NCBI GenBank assembly: GCA_024278935.1
Contig: JAJRSF010000006.1
Span: 37,842-101,841 of the forward strand
Reading direction: 5' to 3'
DNA: 64,000 nucleotides
Source: Candidatus Zixiibacteriota bacterium
GTDB taxonomy: Bacteria; Zixibacteria; MSB-5A5; GN15; FEB-12
How positions within the stretch are numbered: position 1 is the first letter of the stretch; each line of letters begins with the position of its first letter. The notes under the pieces were generated by a model. That model saw only the letters and a list, made by a program, of their open reading frames with translations, was not told the DNA's origin and made no database searches. This document shows positions 46,985 to 56,975 of the stretch, one piece after another. The position numbers and the translations under genes are program-made.

Positions 46985-48718
46985 ATGATTAAACAGTTCA
47001 TCATAATTTTTCTTACAATAATAATTGCATCAAGCTCTTTTGCTATAGATAAAAATATCGAAGGAGCAATTCTTTTAGGTGATTGGGAAAGAGTTTACCA
47101 TGAATTAAATATTGATTCAGCTAAAAAATATAATTCAATTAATCAATTTTTATTACTAAAAGCTAGCGTGGCTACAAATAGATATATGCATTGGAATGAA
47201 TCTTTAGAAAAAAATTCTCAGTCAATATTGGCATGGTTAAACTGGACAAAAAAATTATTGCTTAACAACCCTGAAAACCCTTACGCACTTTATCTTGCTG
47301 CCGACGGTGAGTTTTTTGCAAGAAACTTTGAAGAAGCAATTGATTTGTATAAGAAGGCGATAAAAAAGAAAAAAGATTTTGCTCTCGCCTATGATGGAAG
47401 AGCAACGGTCTACACGGTGTTACAAAAATACAAAAAAGCACGTTCCGATTGTAATAAGGCTATAAAAATAAACCGATCTTTTGGTGCTTCTTATGCATTG
47501 CGAGCAGTAGTTCATGATATGTTAGAGAAAAAAAAGGAAGCAATCAAAGATTTTAATAAGGCACTTTTACTAATTCCAAATGATGTTGTCACATTAAATA
47601 ATCGAGGTTTATTTTATTCTAAAACTGAAAACTATGATAGTGCTATAACTGATTTTACAACAGCTATCAATCTAGATTCTTTAGATAGAGATTCATATAA
47701 TAATCGTGGGCTTACCTATATCAAGACAGAAAATTATAACGATGCTATTTTAGATTTTGATAAAAATATATTACTACAAAATTCTATATTATCATATATC
47801 TATAAATCTTATGCATATGAAATACAGGGTAAGTTTAGCGAAGCATTTGCGGTTATTAAATCAGCAATTATGTCACAAGGTGATAGTTTAGAAATTAAAC
47901 CGCGGGAAATTTCGAAAGAAGTAGATCTATCTGTTCTTGAACTTAAAGCTACCGATGGTGACCGTAAAGCTCAATATGAACTTTCTGCACAGATGATGCT
48001 TCATGCGAATGATAATAATTTTCCTCTCGCATTTGATTTATTAAAAGAATCAGCAAAGCAGGAATATCCTCCTGCCCAAGCGAATCTTGGTCTGATATAT
48101 GTAAACGGAAAATGGGTCTATCGTGATTTTAAAAAAGCTTTTTATTGGTTTCAAAAAGGTGCTAATAATGGAGATACTCTTGCTCAATATTCACTTGGAC
48201 AAATGTATCGAAGAGGTGATTTTGTGAAACAAGATATTGACACAGCTTTAAAATGGTATTACAAAGCCGCTAACCAAGGGATGGCATCTGCAAGTTATAA
48301 TATCGGAATTTATTATCAACAGGGAATCAAATATAACAAAAATTATAATAAAGCATTTAAGTGGTTTAAAAGAGCAGCCTTAAAAGGCTACGCTGTTGCG
48401 CAGTATAATGTCGGCAGCTATTATCAAAAAGGGGATGGTGTCGAAAAAAATCAAAACCTCGCATTTATTTGGTATAGACTTGCTGCTGAAAATAAAGATG
48501 CAGATGCACAATTACAAATTGGTAGATTCTATGCCATAGCTGAAGTTGTGCCGTTAAATGATATTCTTGCTTCTATGTGGTTTCTGCATAGTGCAGTTCG
48601 AGGAAATCAAGATGGTCAAAACTCGCTTGATCTTTTGCAATCCCAAGTACCAAAAGATCAAAAACGAAAAGCTGTTGAAATGGGAAAAGATTGGATAAAG
48701 AGTTGGCCACACGAATAA
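46985..48718 (+). CDS. Secreted TPR plus Sel1-like repeat protein, paralog 3
   Basis: 577 aa with the same leader family (MIKQFIIIFLTIIIASSSFA). TPRs occupy the N-terminal half. The C-terminal half has Sel1-like repeats (..AQANLGLIYVNG.., ..AQYSLGQMYRRG.., ..ASYNIGIYYQQG.., ..AQYNVGSYYQKG..). Confidence 0.78.
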   Translation: MIKQFIIIFLTIIIASSSFAIDKNIEGAILLGDWERVYHELNIDSAKKYNSINQFLLLKASVATNRYMHWNESLEKNSQSILAWLNWTKKLLLNNPENPYALYLAADGEFFARNFEEAIDLYKKAIKKKKDFALAYDGRATVYTVLQKYKKARSDCNKAIKINRSFGASYALRAVVHDMLEKKKEAIKDFNKALLLIPNDVVTLNNRGLFYSKTENYDSAITDFTTAINLDSLDRDSYNNRGLTYIKTENYNDAILDFDKNILLQNSILSYIYKSYAYEIQGKFSEAFAVIKSAIMSQGDSLEIKPREISKEVDLSVLELKATDGDRKAQYELSAQMMLHANDNNFPLAFDLLKESAKQEYPPAQANLGLIYVNGKWVYRDFKKAFYWFQKGANNGDTLAQYSLGQMYRRGDFVKQDIDTALKWYYKAANQGMASASYNIGIYYQQGIKYNKNYNKAFKWFKRAALKGYAVAQYNVGSYYQKGDGVEKNQNLAFIWYRLAAENKDADAQLQIGRFYAIAEVVPLNDILASMWFLHSAVRGNQDGQNSLDLLQSQVPKDQKRKAVEMGKDWIKSWPHE

Positions 48719-48727
48719 TTATTAATT

Positions 48728-48749
48728 GGGCAGGCATTATAGTCTACCC
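48728..48749. repeat. GGGCAG..GTCTACCC hairpin repeat between convergent genes
   Basis: GGGCAGGCATTATAGTCTACCC belongs to the same family as 59261-59282. It is flanked by AATT/AATT, which extends the stem. Confidence 0.6.
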
Positions 48750-48769
48750 AATTAAATAATTGTAACTTT

Positions 48770-50830
48770 CTATAAAGCCATCTTAAGTGGGGAGCTTGCG
48801 ATTTCCCATTGACCTTTGGCAATATTTTTTGATCCTTTAAAAACTAAGTACGAATACTTGCCATAATGAGGAATCAACTGTCCTAATCTTGCAAGTGATT
48901 CAAAGTCTGAAGTCAGTACGACTAAATATTTTTTGTACTCTTTAAAATTATCTCCCGACAATACAAATGTATGCCCCTCTCTCGGGCAAGTCTCACCACT
49001 AATACTGATCGAATGATCTGTTATTTGTATCATACCCGAAACATAATCAGGGATCGTTGTTGGGTTGAGTACAGCTACCGATGTTGAATCATTGCCATTT
49101 TCTGATTCAGTAGCAGATATTATTATTTGTTCTTCGCCGTTCATGTTTTGAGCAAACTGTGTGAAGGCATCGGCTCCGTTAGATTCTAAATTTTCAATCG
49201 CATAGTTCTGATTTTCAAAACCGAGTACACCAGAAATAATCGGCTCGACTTCTTCATCATATAACTTACGGAACAGATGAAACTCCGGATCGATTTCTAT
49301 TTTGTCAGCAGAGCCAGGAGCAGTCAGTTGGAATATCTGTTCGAAGTTTGAAAGTGTTATCGTTGTATCAAATTGTGTATCAGCACCAGAAAATCGAACA
49401 GGCACTTGCAGATCGTATCTTCCACCACTAAGCTCAGTCAGCTTGAATGTGACCCGTTTGCTTCCGGCTTCATCTTTAGAGATAACATTAGAAAGTGTTA
49501 TCATAGGAGCTCCGGTCTGGTCGATCCATTGTGGGATGACATGGGTCAAGTTTAAATTCGACGTCTTTTCAAAAGCAGCTATCCATTCTTCCCATGAAAT
49601 TTTCTTTGTAATATACTCGGCGTAGACATCTTTCCACGCTTGCCAGAAAGCATCGGAACCGATCTCTTCTTCAATCATATGATAGACCATCATCGCTTTG
49701 TTGTAGCCAATCGTACGAGTGTTTTTTGATGTACGCGAGGTGAATTCTCTAATCGGAAAATCATTACCTTCGTTGACATAGCTAACATACTGTTTCAAAA
49801 TATCTTTTCGATACGCCATCGCAGAGCTTTCCGAACGCATCAGTTTGTATCTATAATCTGCACCATAGACTGTAGCTGCTTCGCACCAGTTACCGCGGTC
49901 GTAATCGACATAGACCGAATTGCCCCACCAGTTATGGAGAACTTCATGTCCAAGCGATGTATACTTTATAAATGGCAAACGAATAATCTGCTGACCCAAC
50001 AATGTCCAACCCGGCATACCGTATCCGGTCGGGAAAAAGTTTTCGGCAACAATAAAAGAGTTGTATGGGTAGGGACCTATCATTTCGGAATACATATCCA
50101 TATAGTCAACAGTTGCCGAGAGATAAGATTCAAACAGCGATGTATCTTCAACAAAAAAGTAACAGGCAATATTAATATCGTTCACAGTTGTATCTTTAAC
50201 AACATAAGGTGCCGCCATAAACATAAGCCCGTCAGATTTAAATGGGTTTTCCCATGTCTGAATCTTGCGGTTATCTTTTTGAACATGTTCCATTTTATTA
50301 CCGTCCGCTACTGACTCCCAGTTAGATGGAATATCAACAGTCACAGAAAATGAAATAACATCTTCTTTCCCTTGTGGATAGTAGTAAGATGATGGCGAAA
50401 GATAAGCACCTTTTTCAAGGATGGTTCCCGAGACTTCACGCCCGACATTTTCATTGGAGAACCGTGCATTCTCGACATCATCGTTGAATGTAGCCTTGTA
50501 TGAAATATAAAACGGAAAAGTACCAGCAGTTTCATTATTGAATTGGAAAAGATAGTAAGAACTGTCTTCTGATAACCCTAGAATGTACTCAGTCTTAATC
50601 TTATTAACCCTGAAAGAATTGATTTTGGCTGTCTTGTTTAATTGAAAAAAACAAGCACCGCTTGGAATATTGAATGTTCCGCCATCAGAAATAGTAGCAG
50701 ACTGATTAGCAACATCTAAAAAAATATCCAAATTGTGTGATTCAAACGATACGTTAATATCATCTTCTGCAACTACAAATACTGGTGCTAATAGAACAAT
50801 TGCCAATAAACAAATTTTTGAGAATTTCAT
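48770..50830 (-). CDS. M1-family zinc metallopeptidase (aminopeptidase N-like), secreted
   Basis: 686 aa with a signal peptide and the gluzincin motif HEVLHNWWG followed by E (..NWCEAATVY..). Confidence 0.85.
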   Translation of the reverse strand: MKFSKICLLAIVLLAPVFVVAEDDINVSFESHNLDIFLDVANQSATISDGGTFNIPSGACFFQLNKTAKINSFRVNKIKTEYILGLSEDSSYYLFQFNNETAGTFPFYISYKATFNDDVENARFSNENVGREVSGTILEKGAYLSPSSYYYPQGKEDVISFSVTVDIPSNWESVADGNKMEHVQKDNRKIQTWENPFKSDGLMFMAAPYVVKDTTVNDINIACYFFVEDTSLFESYLSATVDYMDMYSEMIGPYPYNSFIVAENFFPTGYGMPGWTLLGQQIIRLPFIKYTSLGHEVLHNWWGNSVYVDYDRGNWCEAATVYGADYRYKLMRSESSAMAYRKDILKQYVSYVNEGNDFPIREFTSRTSKNTRTIGYNKAMMVYHMIEEEIGSDAFWQAWKDVYAEYITKKISWEEWIAAFEKTSNLNLTHVIPQWIDQTGAPMITLSNVISKDEAGSKRVTFKLTELSGGRYDLQVPVRFSGADTQFDTTITLSNFEQIFQLTAPGSADKIEIDPEFHLFRKLYDEEVEPIISGVLGFENQNYAIENLESNGADAFTQFAQNMNGEEQIIISATESENGNDSTSVAVLNPTTIPDYVSGMIQITDHSISISGETCPREGHTFVLSGDNFKEYKKYLVVLTSDFESLARLGQLIPHYGKYSYLVFKGSKNIAKGQWEIASSPLKMAL

Positions 50831-50925
50831 AAAAAATCCTTTTTCATTATTTTATTTTATTGAATTAAAGTAGTCGATAGAAACTATGAGAACAAGGATT
50901 ATTTAAAGGTTAGTGGTTGATATTA

Positions 50926-50959
50926 AAAAAGGCAGCTTTCATAAGCGAAAGCTGCCTTT
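50926..50959 (-). terminator. Intrinsic terminator after the lipoprotein gene
   Basis: AAAAGGCAGCTTTC-ataagc-GAAAGCTGCCTTTT has a 10-bp GC-containing stem. It is flanked by A/T runs on both sides, so it may work in both directions. Confidence 0.7.
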
Positions 50960-50985
50960 TACAAATTATATAATTATGACTTTTT

Positions 50986-51474
50986 TTATGCTTCACCGTT
51001 GATAGAAAAATCATAACATTTCATTTCGGTCCAATTTAATTTAATCTGGAAAAAATTATCGCCACCATCAAAAAGAACTACATATTTTGACTTCCAATCA
51101 GAAAACGAATCTGTTTCATCGATAAAATAATTCAGATAGATTAGAATCTGTTTATCTTTAAACCCACAGAAATATTGTCTTTTATAAAGTTTTCTTTTTT
51201 TGTAAATCTCTGGTGCTTCGATTTTAATCTTTTCAAAAATAATTGCTTCGGCAAGTGACCTTTCACCTTCAGAGAGATATCGAGAGGAGTCAGCAAAGGT
51301 CGGATCAAAAAGGTTATATTCCAAAGATACCCAATTAGAATCATTGAGGGCGTAAATTTCTTCTTTAACAACTGGTTCAGCATTTTGCTTCTTCTCAGTT
51401 TTTACTTTTTCTCCACAACCTATAAATAACGATGTGAAGATTAGCATAGTTAAAACAGTGTATATTGTTTTCAT
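50986..51474 (-). CDS. Hypothetical lipoprotein
   Basis: 162 aa with a lipobox-like MKTIYTVLTMLIFTSLFIGC. No family was recognised. Confidence 0.45.
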   Translation of the reverse strand: MKTIYTVLTMLIFTSLFIGCGEKVKTEKKQNAEPVVKEEIYALNDSNWVSLEYNLFDPTFADSSRYLSEGERSLAEAIIFEKIKIEAPEIYKKRKLYKRQYFCGFKDKQILIYLNYFIDETDSFSDWKSKYVVLFDGGDNFFQIKLNWTEMKCYDFSINGEA

Positions 51475-51653
51475 ATAAAAGACCTTATGTTTTGAATCTG
51501 ACGTATAGGTTTGTTGAAAAATTACAAAGCGTAATACTTATAAACAAAACTGATAAGTCGGTTCCCTACAATATTTGGACACTTGTAGGACAGTGTTCTG
51601 TTGATTTGAACTCTGCTAAAATAATAAAAGAGAAATTCAAATTTTTTTTTATA

Positions 51654-52430
51654 TTATTTAATCCAAATAGACACAGGAGATAAAACAGTAACTACAATTT
51701 TATCATTTATATTATAATTTGCTTGAAACCAATCTCTTAATTCAACTCTGCCCATAATGCGTGGCGTATTATTAGTATTAGCAGAGCGATTTATAAAACC
51801 ATTTATCAAATATTTTTGATTACCACAATAAATATAAATCTTTTGTCCATTTAAACCAAATAAATTTTCATATTGCTTACTTACATTAAAAAACCCTTGT
51901 TTATAATATGTTGTTTGAAGAGAAAATTTGAAAATTGATTTATTACAAGCAGGGATTACTAAGGACGTGCTAGTATTTAACTGTTTTTTTGAAATCTTAC
52001 TTTGTTTTAATTTTTTATTAGTTGATTTATTTTTGTTAGTGCTATTCCAACTAGGTAAAATAGTATTTATAAGTGAAACTTCTAACCCAGCAGCAAGATT
52101 AAGATGAAAATTACCATAATGGAATAATCCATTATCAGGCAGAGCATATATGTCAACTTCTTCACCTGCTTTAAGTAACCTTAATATATGTGCGTTATTT
52201 TTTATATTTGTTGTTTGTGATGGTCCAGGATTTTGATAACCATACATTCTTTTCTGTAAAAGTTGTATAGTTTCACCAATATACTTTATTATATCCTTAT
52301 GTACAAATGCATATAAAATATTGGGAGTTTGAGCATGACTATTCAGCGTATATTTAATCTTCTTATTCTTTAACTCCCAATACCCAATTTTTTCAAATCC
52401 GATATCTAATAATCTGTTCATTGTTAACAT
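51654..52430 (-). CDS. GIY-YIG nuclease-domain protein with an uncharacterised C-terminal domain
   Basis: N-terminal ..ILYAFVHKDIIKYIGETIQLLQKRMYGY.. (GIY..YIG..R) and ..GLEVSLINTILPSWN (catalytic Glu / Asn region). A Lys/Asn-rich linker precedes a beta-rich C-terminal domain (..GQKIYIYCG..TPRIMGRVELRDWF..). The gene is markedly AT-rich. Confidence 0.6.
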   Translation of the reverse strand: MLTMNRLLDIGFEKIGYWELKNKKIKYTLNSHAQTPNILYAFVHKDIIKYIGETIQLLQKRMYGYQNPGPSQTTNIKNNAHILRLLKAGEEVDIYALPDNGLFHYGNFHLNLAAGLEVSLINTILPSWNSTNKNKSTNKKLKQSKISKKQLNTSTSLVIPACNKSIFKFSLQTTYYKQGFFNVSKQYENLFGLNGQKIYIYCGNQKYLINGFINRSANTNNTPRIMGRVELRDWFQANYNINDKIVVTVLSPVSIWIK

Positions 52431-52451
52431 GCCCTCATAAAATAATTAAAA

Positions 52452-52476
52452 GGCAGAACCACTAAAGGGTTCTGCC
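52452..52476 (-). terminator. Intrinsic terminator after pepF
   Basis: GGCAGAACC (52452-52460) and GGTTCTGCC (52468-52476) form the stem. On the - strand it is followed by TTTTAATTATTTT. Confidence 0.7.
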
Positions 52477-52523
52477 CTACTATCTAATTGTCGAAACCAC
52501 AATGGTGTCGACTTACAATATTT

Positions 52524-54344
52524 CTATTCCTGGGTCAACCGTTCAACTTCGGCTACATTTGCTTTAAACAAAGCAATTGTAGACTCGACCGGTTCCGCAG
52601 TCGACATATCAACGCCACATTCTTTGAGCAATTGAATCGGATAATCTTTCCCGCCAGATTTTATAAGTTCTAAGTAACGTTCGATAATACCATCTTCGCC
52701 GTCGATAATTTTTTTCAAAATTGCCTGCGATGCAGCATACGATGTTGCATACTGATAAACATAAAACGTCATATAAAAATGAGGGATCCGACTCCACTTC
52801 AGCGGAGACATTTCATCAAGCGTCAATGAAGGACCATAATATTGTTTGGTCAGGTCACCCCAAATTTTACTCATAGCGTCAGGTGATAAGGCACCGCCAT
52901 TTTCGACTGCCTGATGGATCATCAATTCAAAGCGAGCATACATAACCTGATGGAAAAAGGTTCCCATAGTTCCGTCGATTTGTCTATTAAGCAAATATAG
53001 TTTTTCTTCTTTACTGTCGGCTTCTTTAAGAAGGTGCTGCATCAGCAACCCTTCATTGAGAGTCGAGGCAACCTCGGCAACAAATGTCGAGTACTGTGAT
53101 TTTTGGAATGGTTGCACTTCGTTTGAATAGACAGAGTGCAGGCAATGTCCAAGTTCGTGAGCAAGGGTAAACATATTGTCAACAGTGTCGTTGTAGTTCA
53201 TCAAAACATATGGATGTACTGAGTAGTTACCCCAGCTATAAGCACCGCCACGTTTCCCGTCGGTTTCATAGACATCAACCCAACGATCATCAAAGGCATG
53301 TATCAAACGTTTGTTGTAATCATCGCCGAGTGGCAGGCAACCGTCGATAACTTTTTTAACCGCTTTTTCATAGGGAACTTCGTAGTCGTAGTCCGGGAAC
53401 AAGGGACACATCATGTCGTATGGTGCAATCTCGTCGAGCTTTAAAATCTTTTTGCGAAGTGCTGTCCATTGGTGCATACCGTCAATCTGTGCTTCGGTTG
53501 TATCAAGCAAGGAATGGTAGACCGTTGTCGGAATATTGTCACCGTCTAGTGCACGATGTAAAGCGTTATCAAAATTACGAGCTTTAGTATAAAATAAATT
53601 TTTGTTTACTTCAGTAGAAAGAGTCGAACTTATAGTATTAATATGATCTTTGTACGATGATAATAATCCGTCGCTGGCATCTTTGCGAACCCGACGATCC
53701 GATGAGTCCATAAATTTTGCAAAGCGTTGTTTGGTCAGCTGTACGTCGTTACCGTTTTCATCTTTGATAGATGGATATTTTATATCGGCAGAGTCAAGCA
53801 TTCCAAACGTTTGTTCGGCACCACTTGCAAAAGTCATTGTGAGCGAAAGCAGTTCTTCGATTTCTTCAGAGCGAATATGTTCACGGGAACGAATAAGCTC
53901 TTTGATATATAAATCATAGATGTCAGTTTTTTTAAACTGAGAAGAAAGTTTCAATAGTTCCGCATCGGTCATTTTCAAAAGTTCAGGTTCGACAAACGAT
54001 GATGCCGCTCCAACTTCTGCCGAGAGCATCATAGCTCTGTCGGTCATTTCCTGATATTCTGACTGACGACTGTCCAAATCAAGATTTAGTCTTGCATATT
54101 GAAAGAGGCAGGAAATTTTCATCGAGATTTCAGAACGAAGTTCCATACAGTCAAAAAGCGAATCGGCATCTGAAAGTTTACCCGCAAAGGTAACTAATAT
54201 AGCAGATTGATCTTTCACTTCGGCAAAAACAGTTTCCCATTCGGCAGAGTCTTTATAAATGTCAGCCAGGTTCCATTTGTCTTTGGTGGGAATATCGCTT
54301 CTTTGGGGAATTTTATTTGATTGTTCTTTTGTATCGGTAGTCAT
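52524..54344 (-). CDS. pepF: Oligoendopeptidase F (M3B family)
   Basis: 606 aa with the zinc motif HELGHCLH. Collinear with PepF. Confidence 0.92.
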   Translation of the reverse strand: MTTDTKEQSNKIPQRSDIPTKDKWNLADIYKDSAEWETVFAEVKDQSAILVTFAGKLSDADSLFDCMELRSEISMKISCLFQYARLNLDLDSRQSEYQEMTDRAMMLSAEVGAASSFVEPELLKMTDAELLKLSSQFKKTDIYDLYIKELIRSREHIRSEEIEELLSLTMTFASGAEQTFGMLDSADIKYPSIKDENGNDVQLTKQRFAKFMDSSDRRVRKDASDGLLSSYKDHINTISSTLSTEVNKNLFYTKARNFDNALHRALDGDNIPTTVYHSLLDTTEAQIDGMHQWTALRKKILKLDEIAPYDMMCPLFPDYDYEVPYEKAVKKVIDGCLPLGDDYNKRLIHAFDDRWVDVYETDGKRGGAYSWGNYSVHPYVLMNYNDTVDNMFTLAHELGHCLHSVYSNEVQPFQKSQYSTFVAEVASTLNEGLLMQHLLKEADSKEEKLYLLNRQIDGTMGTFFHQVMYARFELMIHQAVENGGALSPDAMSKIWGDLTKQYYGPSLTLDEMSPLKWSRIPHFYMTFYVYQYATSYAASQAILKKIIDGEDGIIERYLELIKSGGKDYPIQLLKECGVDMSTAEPVESTIALFKANVAEVERLTQE

Positions 54345-54473
54345 TTTGTACCTTTTTTTGAGGTTCTATTTTTGAAAGTAAATAAAGTGAAATTATAAAA
54401 TAATGCAATAGTCAGTTACCACTAATTTACATTCAATCTGAAATATTGTAATACTATAATATGCTAGATGGGA

Positions 54474-55739
54474 CTAAAACTGTGTCAGGCAGACCGGTTT
54501 TTCTTCACAGTAGAATAATCTGTGCAAGCTATCCAGATGTTTTTCACTCGATAGATTTGCCAACTTATACTTGTGCAATGTCTTCAAATCAATCGCCCCT
54601 AATAACATCGAGCTAAAATCTGCTGTGTTCAGCCTAAGGGTGACATCGGTTTTAGAACTGGAACTTTTAAGAGTCGGCAACCCATTATCAAAATAGACAA
54701 CAATCGGTTTATCGTTCTCTTTTAAAAAAGTGTCTTTGATTTCAAGTTTCAGTTGAATCGTGATATCGCCAAACGAATGGTTTTGCAAAGTCATAAACAG
54801 AAGTTTTGGGTTGAGCAAACGGAACATTATGCCAACGGTTTGATGATTTGTCTCATGGTAGACCGGGCTCAAAATATTGCCGGTATCATTGCGAGGATCA
54901 CGAACGGCAAAATGAAAATTCTCATCATGCGTAATATACTGCACAACTTCAACCTGATCTTTTTGGGTATGAAGCAGAGCAAGAAACGCACTGAGCACAT
55001 TGTTGTTGAGATAAACCATTTCAGTAATATGAATTTCGTTATGTAAAAAATCATCGGGCGAATCGGTTCTCTGTTTTACAAATTTAAAAACAAGATATCC
55101 AAGCAGCTTGCCATCTTTTTCATAGCCATAAAATTTTGAATCTTTATTATGTTTGAAGAACCCTTCCCGATGTTCTTTAAAATCATAGAACATTCCGGTT
55201 TTTGTGTCGGCGTACGAGTCAAAACATTGCTGTATTTTAACTCTGTCTTTCGGAGTCAGTTTTGTAATATGTTTTTTTGAACCAGCCGATGGAAAGTTTT
55301 TTGGATGAATCCGATAGACCGATGTTTTCGCTCCGTAACCAGCTCCCATCATGCGGTAAAAATCAGGGCGGAACGGATAGAGCGATGCAAACTCGGCACC
55401 TTGTTTACGGTAATGCTGCATAAAAAATTTACAGAGGTCACGAGCGACATGTTCTTTTTTATGAAGCAGGTCAACAACTAAAAAACCACCACCGCCACAG
55501 AGAACTTTGTTACCAAAAAGATTCATCTGGAAATCATGGAGTAAAATCCCGCCAGCCAATTTTTTATTTTTGTATAACCCGTAAAAAGTTGAGCGTGTTG
55601 ACTCAGAACGTTCTATTAGTCCTTTGGCAAGCTCTTTAATCTGCTCTTGAGTGTTCATGCCCATTCCGGGAAACGCACCCGATGCTATCTCGGCGTATTG
55701 TAAAAAATCTTTCTTCGGAATCTTTTTAATCTCTGGCAT
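54474..55739 (-). CDS. Eis-like GNAT acetyltransferase with a C-terminal SCP2-like domain
   Basis: 421 aa. An N-terminal GNAT region (..GGGGFLVVDLLHKKEHVARDLCKF..) is followed by a second degenerate GNAT and a C-terminal sterol-carrier-like region, as in Eis-family proteins. Assignment rests on architecture only. Confidence 0.55.
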   Translation of the reverse strand: MPEIKKIPKKDFLQYAEIASGAFPGMGMNTQEQIKELAKGLIERSESTRSTFYGLYKNKKLAGGILLHDFQMNLFGNKVLCGGGGFLVVDLLHKKEHVARDLCKFFMQHYRKQGAEFASLYPFRPDFYRMMGAGYGAKTSVYRIHPKNFPSAGSKKHITKLTPKDRVKIQQCFDSYADTKTGMFYDFKEHREGFFKHNKDSKFYGYEKDGKLLGYLVFKFVKQRTDSPDDFLHNEIHITEMVYLNNNVLSAFLALLHTQKDQVEVVQYITHDENFHFAVRDPRNDTGNILSPVYHETNHQTVGIMFRLLNPKLLFMTLQNHSFGDITIQLKLEIKDTFLKENDKPIVVYFDNGLPTLKSSSSKTDVTLRLNTADFSSMLLGAIDLKTLHKYKLANLSSEKHLDSLHRLFYCEEKPVCLTQF

Positions 55740-55761
55740 AACGAACTACTTTTTTTGTGAA

Positions 55762-56307
55762 TCAATTTACAATTAACACATCACCGTATCCGGTTATCCC
55801 ACCGCTTATGTCAATGAAGACTCTATAGATACCGTTAGGTGGAACAAATGTTTTAAAATCTGCTGTACTTATATAGAACGCATGCATTCCTGCTTCAAAC
55901 GAACCAGATTTTTGGTATAGCAAATGTAATTCATTGTCAACTACAGATACTGTAACATCTGATTGATTTGGTGTGCTAAATCCTATTGTAAAATTATCGT
56001 TTGTCGGGTTTGGATATGCAGCAGCAAGTTCAAAATGGCTAGGTATTATTTTCATAAGTGGATCTTCAGACTGTTCGTCATTATTGTTTTCTATAATCTG
56101 TACACCGGATGAAGAAGATAAAAATGGTGACGTACCATAAAATAATCGCCAGTCATCGGAATCTTGCGGACCATTTGGATCTCCAAATATATTCATATGC
56201 GTGATACCTTGGAACCCATCATTGACATAAGATACATCAATTGCTTTATCACCGGAACATCCGAGCAAAATTCCAATGACACATAAACTCATAAGTAATT
56301 TTTTCAT
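55762..56307 (-). CDS. Lipoprotein with a T9SS-type C-terminal sorting domain
   Basis: Lipobox LLGCSG. The C-terminal ~80 aa (..LAAAYPNPTNDNFTIGF..VTVSVVD..GMHAFYI..NGIYRVFID..) resembles the Por secretion tail / FlgD-Ig-like CTD. Confidence 0.6.
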   Translation of the reverse strand: MKKLLMSLCVIGILLGCSGDKAIDVSYVNDGFQGITHMNIFGDPNGPQDSDDWRLFYGTSPFLSSSSGVQIIENNNDEQSEDPLMKIIPSHFELAAAYPNPTNDNFTIGFSTPNQSDVTVSVVDNELHLLYQKSGSFEAGMHAFYISTADFKTFVPPNGIYRVFIDISGGITGYGDVLIVN

Positions 56308-56310
56308 AGC

Positions 56311-56823
56311 TTAAAAGTAATACTGCACGGTTAAAAGTTGAGCCGTTGTTATATAGGTAGTTCCCGCACGAAGCATTATTGATGGTGAGGCAACATCGTC
56401 AGTTATAATAACAGCAACTTGATAGGCACCAGATACTGAAAAATTATCAGAGAAAAAATATTCAGCTCCAAAAAGTGGTCCTATATATAAATCTGCAACA
56501 GAATTACCATCGGAAGTTGCAACATCATAATTGAAACCTACGCCAAAGAATGGACGAAACGATTCAGCCGGACGACTATGCGATGCAAGCGTCAGCCCAA
56601 AGTTGGTACGGATAATAGATGGATCCGAAAGATGGTTTACAGAAATTTCAGGACTGATAGTAAGTTTTTCCGATGCCCAGTAATGAAAAATAAATACCGG
56701 TGATGACTCCGCTACAGTAAACCCGATGCCGACTTGTCCTGCGTTGCCTCCTGCGAAAACATTTGTAGCTGTAACTGTACCAAGTAGAATGATGAAAACT
56801 AAAATTTTTTGTATGAGTCGCAA
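56311..56823 (-). CDS. Small outer-membrane beta-barrel protein
   Basis: 170 aa with a signal peptide, alternating amphipathic strands and a C-terminal ..TVQYYF with terminal Phe. Confidence 0.6.
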   Translation of the reverse strand: MRLIQKILVFIILLGTVTATNVFAGGNAGQVGIGFTVAESSPVFIFHYWASEKLTISPEISVNHLSDPSIIRTNFGLTLASHSRPAESFRPFFGVGFNYDVATSDGNSVADLYIGPLFGAEYFFSDNFSVSGAYQVAVIITDDVASPSIMLRAGTTYITTAQLLTVQYYF

Positions 56824-56975
56824 TTGCTTCTCCCTTCCGTTTTCTTATTACAATAGCATTCAGTTCGATCATTGTCAATGGTAAAAAATTTAGCAAACTT
56901 AACTGTTGAACTAAGAGTTGACAATGCGGTCAATTAATGTATCTTTTTCTAAAGAGATTTACGGAGGATTTCAAA

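Noticed and set aside
42458-52523. A mobile genetic element or prophage spanning the Fic/TPR and GIY-YIG islets.
   Set aside because: I found no integrase, transposase, tRNA attachment site, terminal direct repeats or phage structural genes. Conserved peptidase genes separate the AT-rich patches. Only compositional evidence supports horizontal origin.
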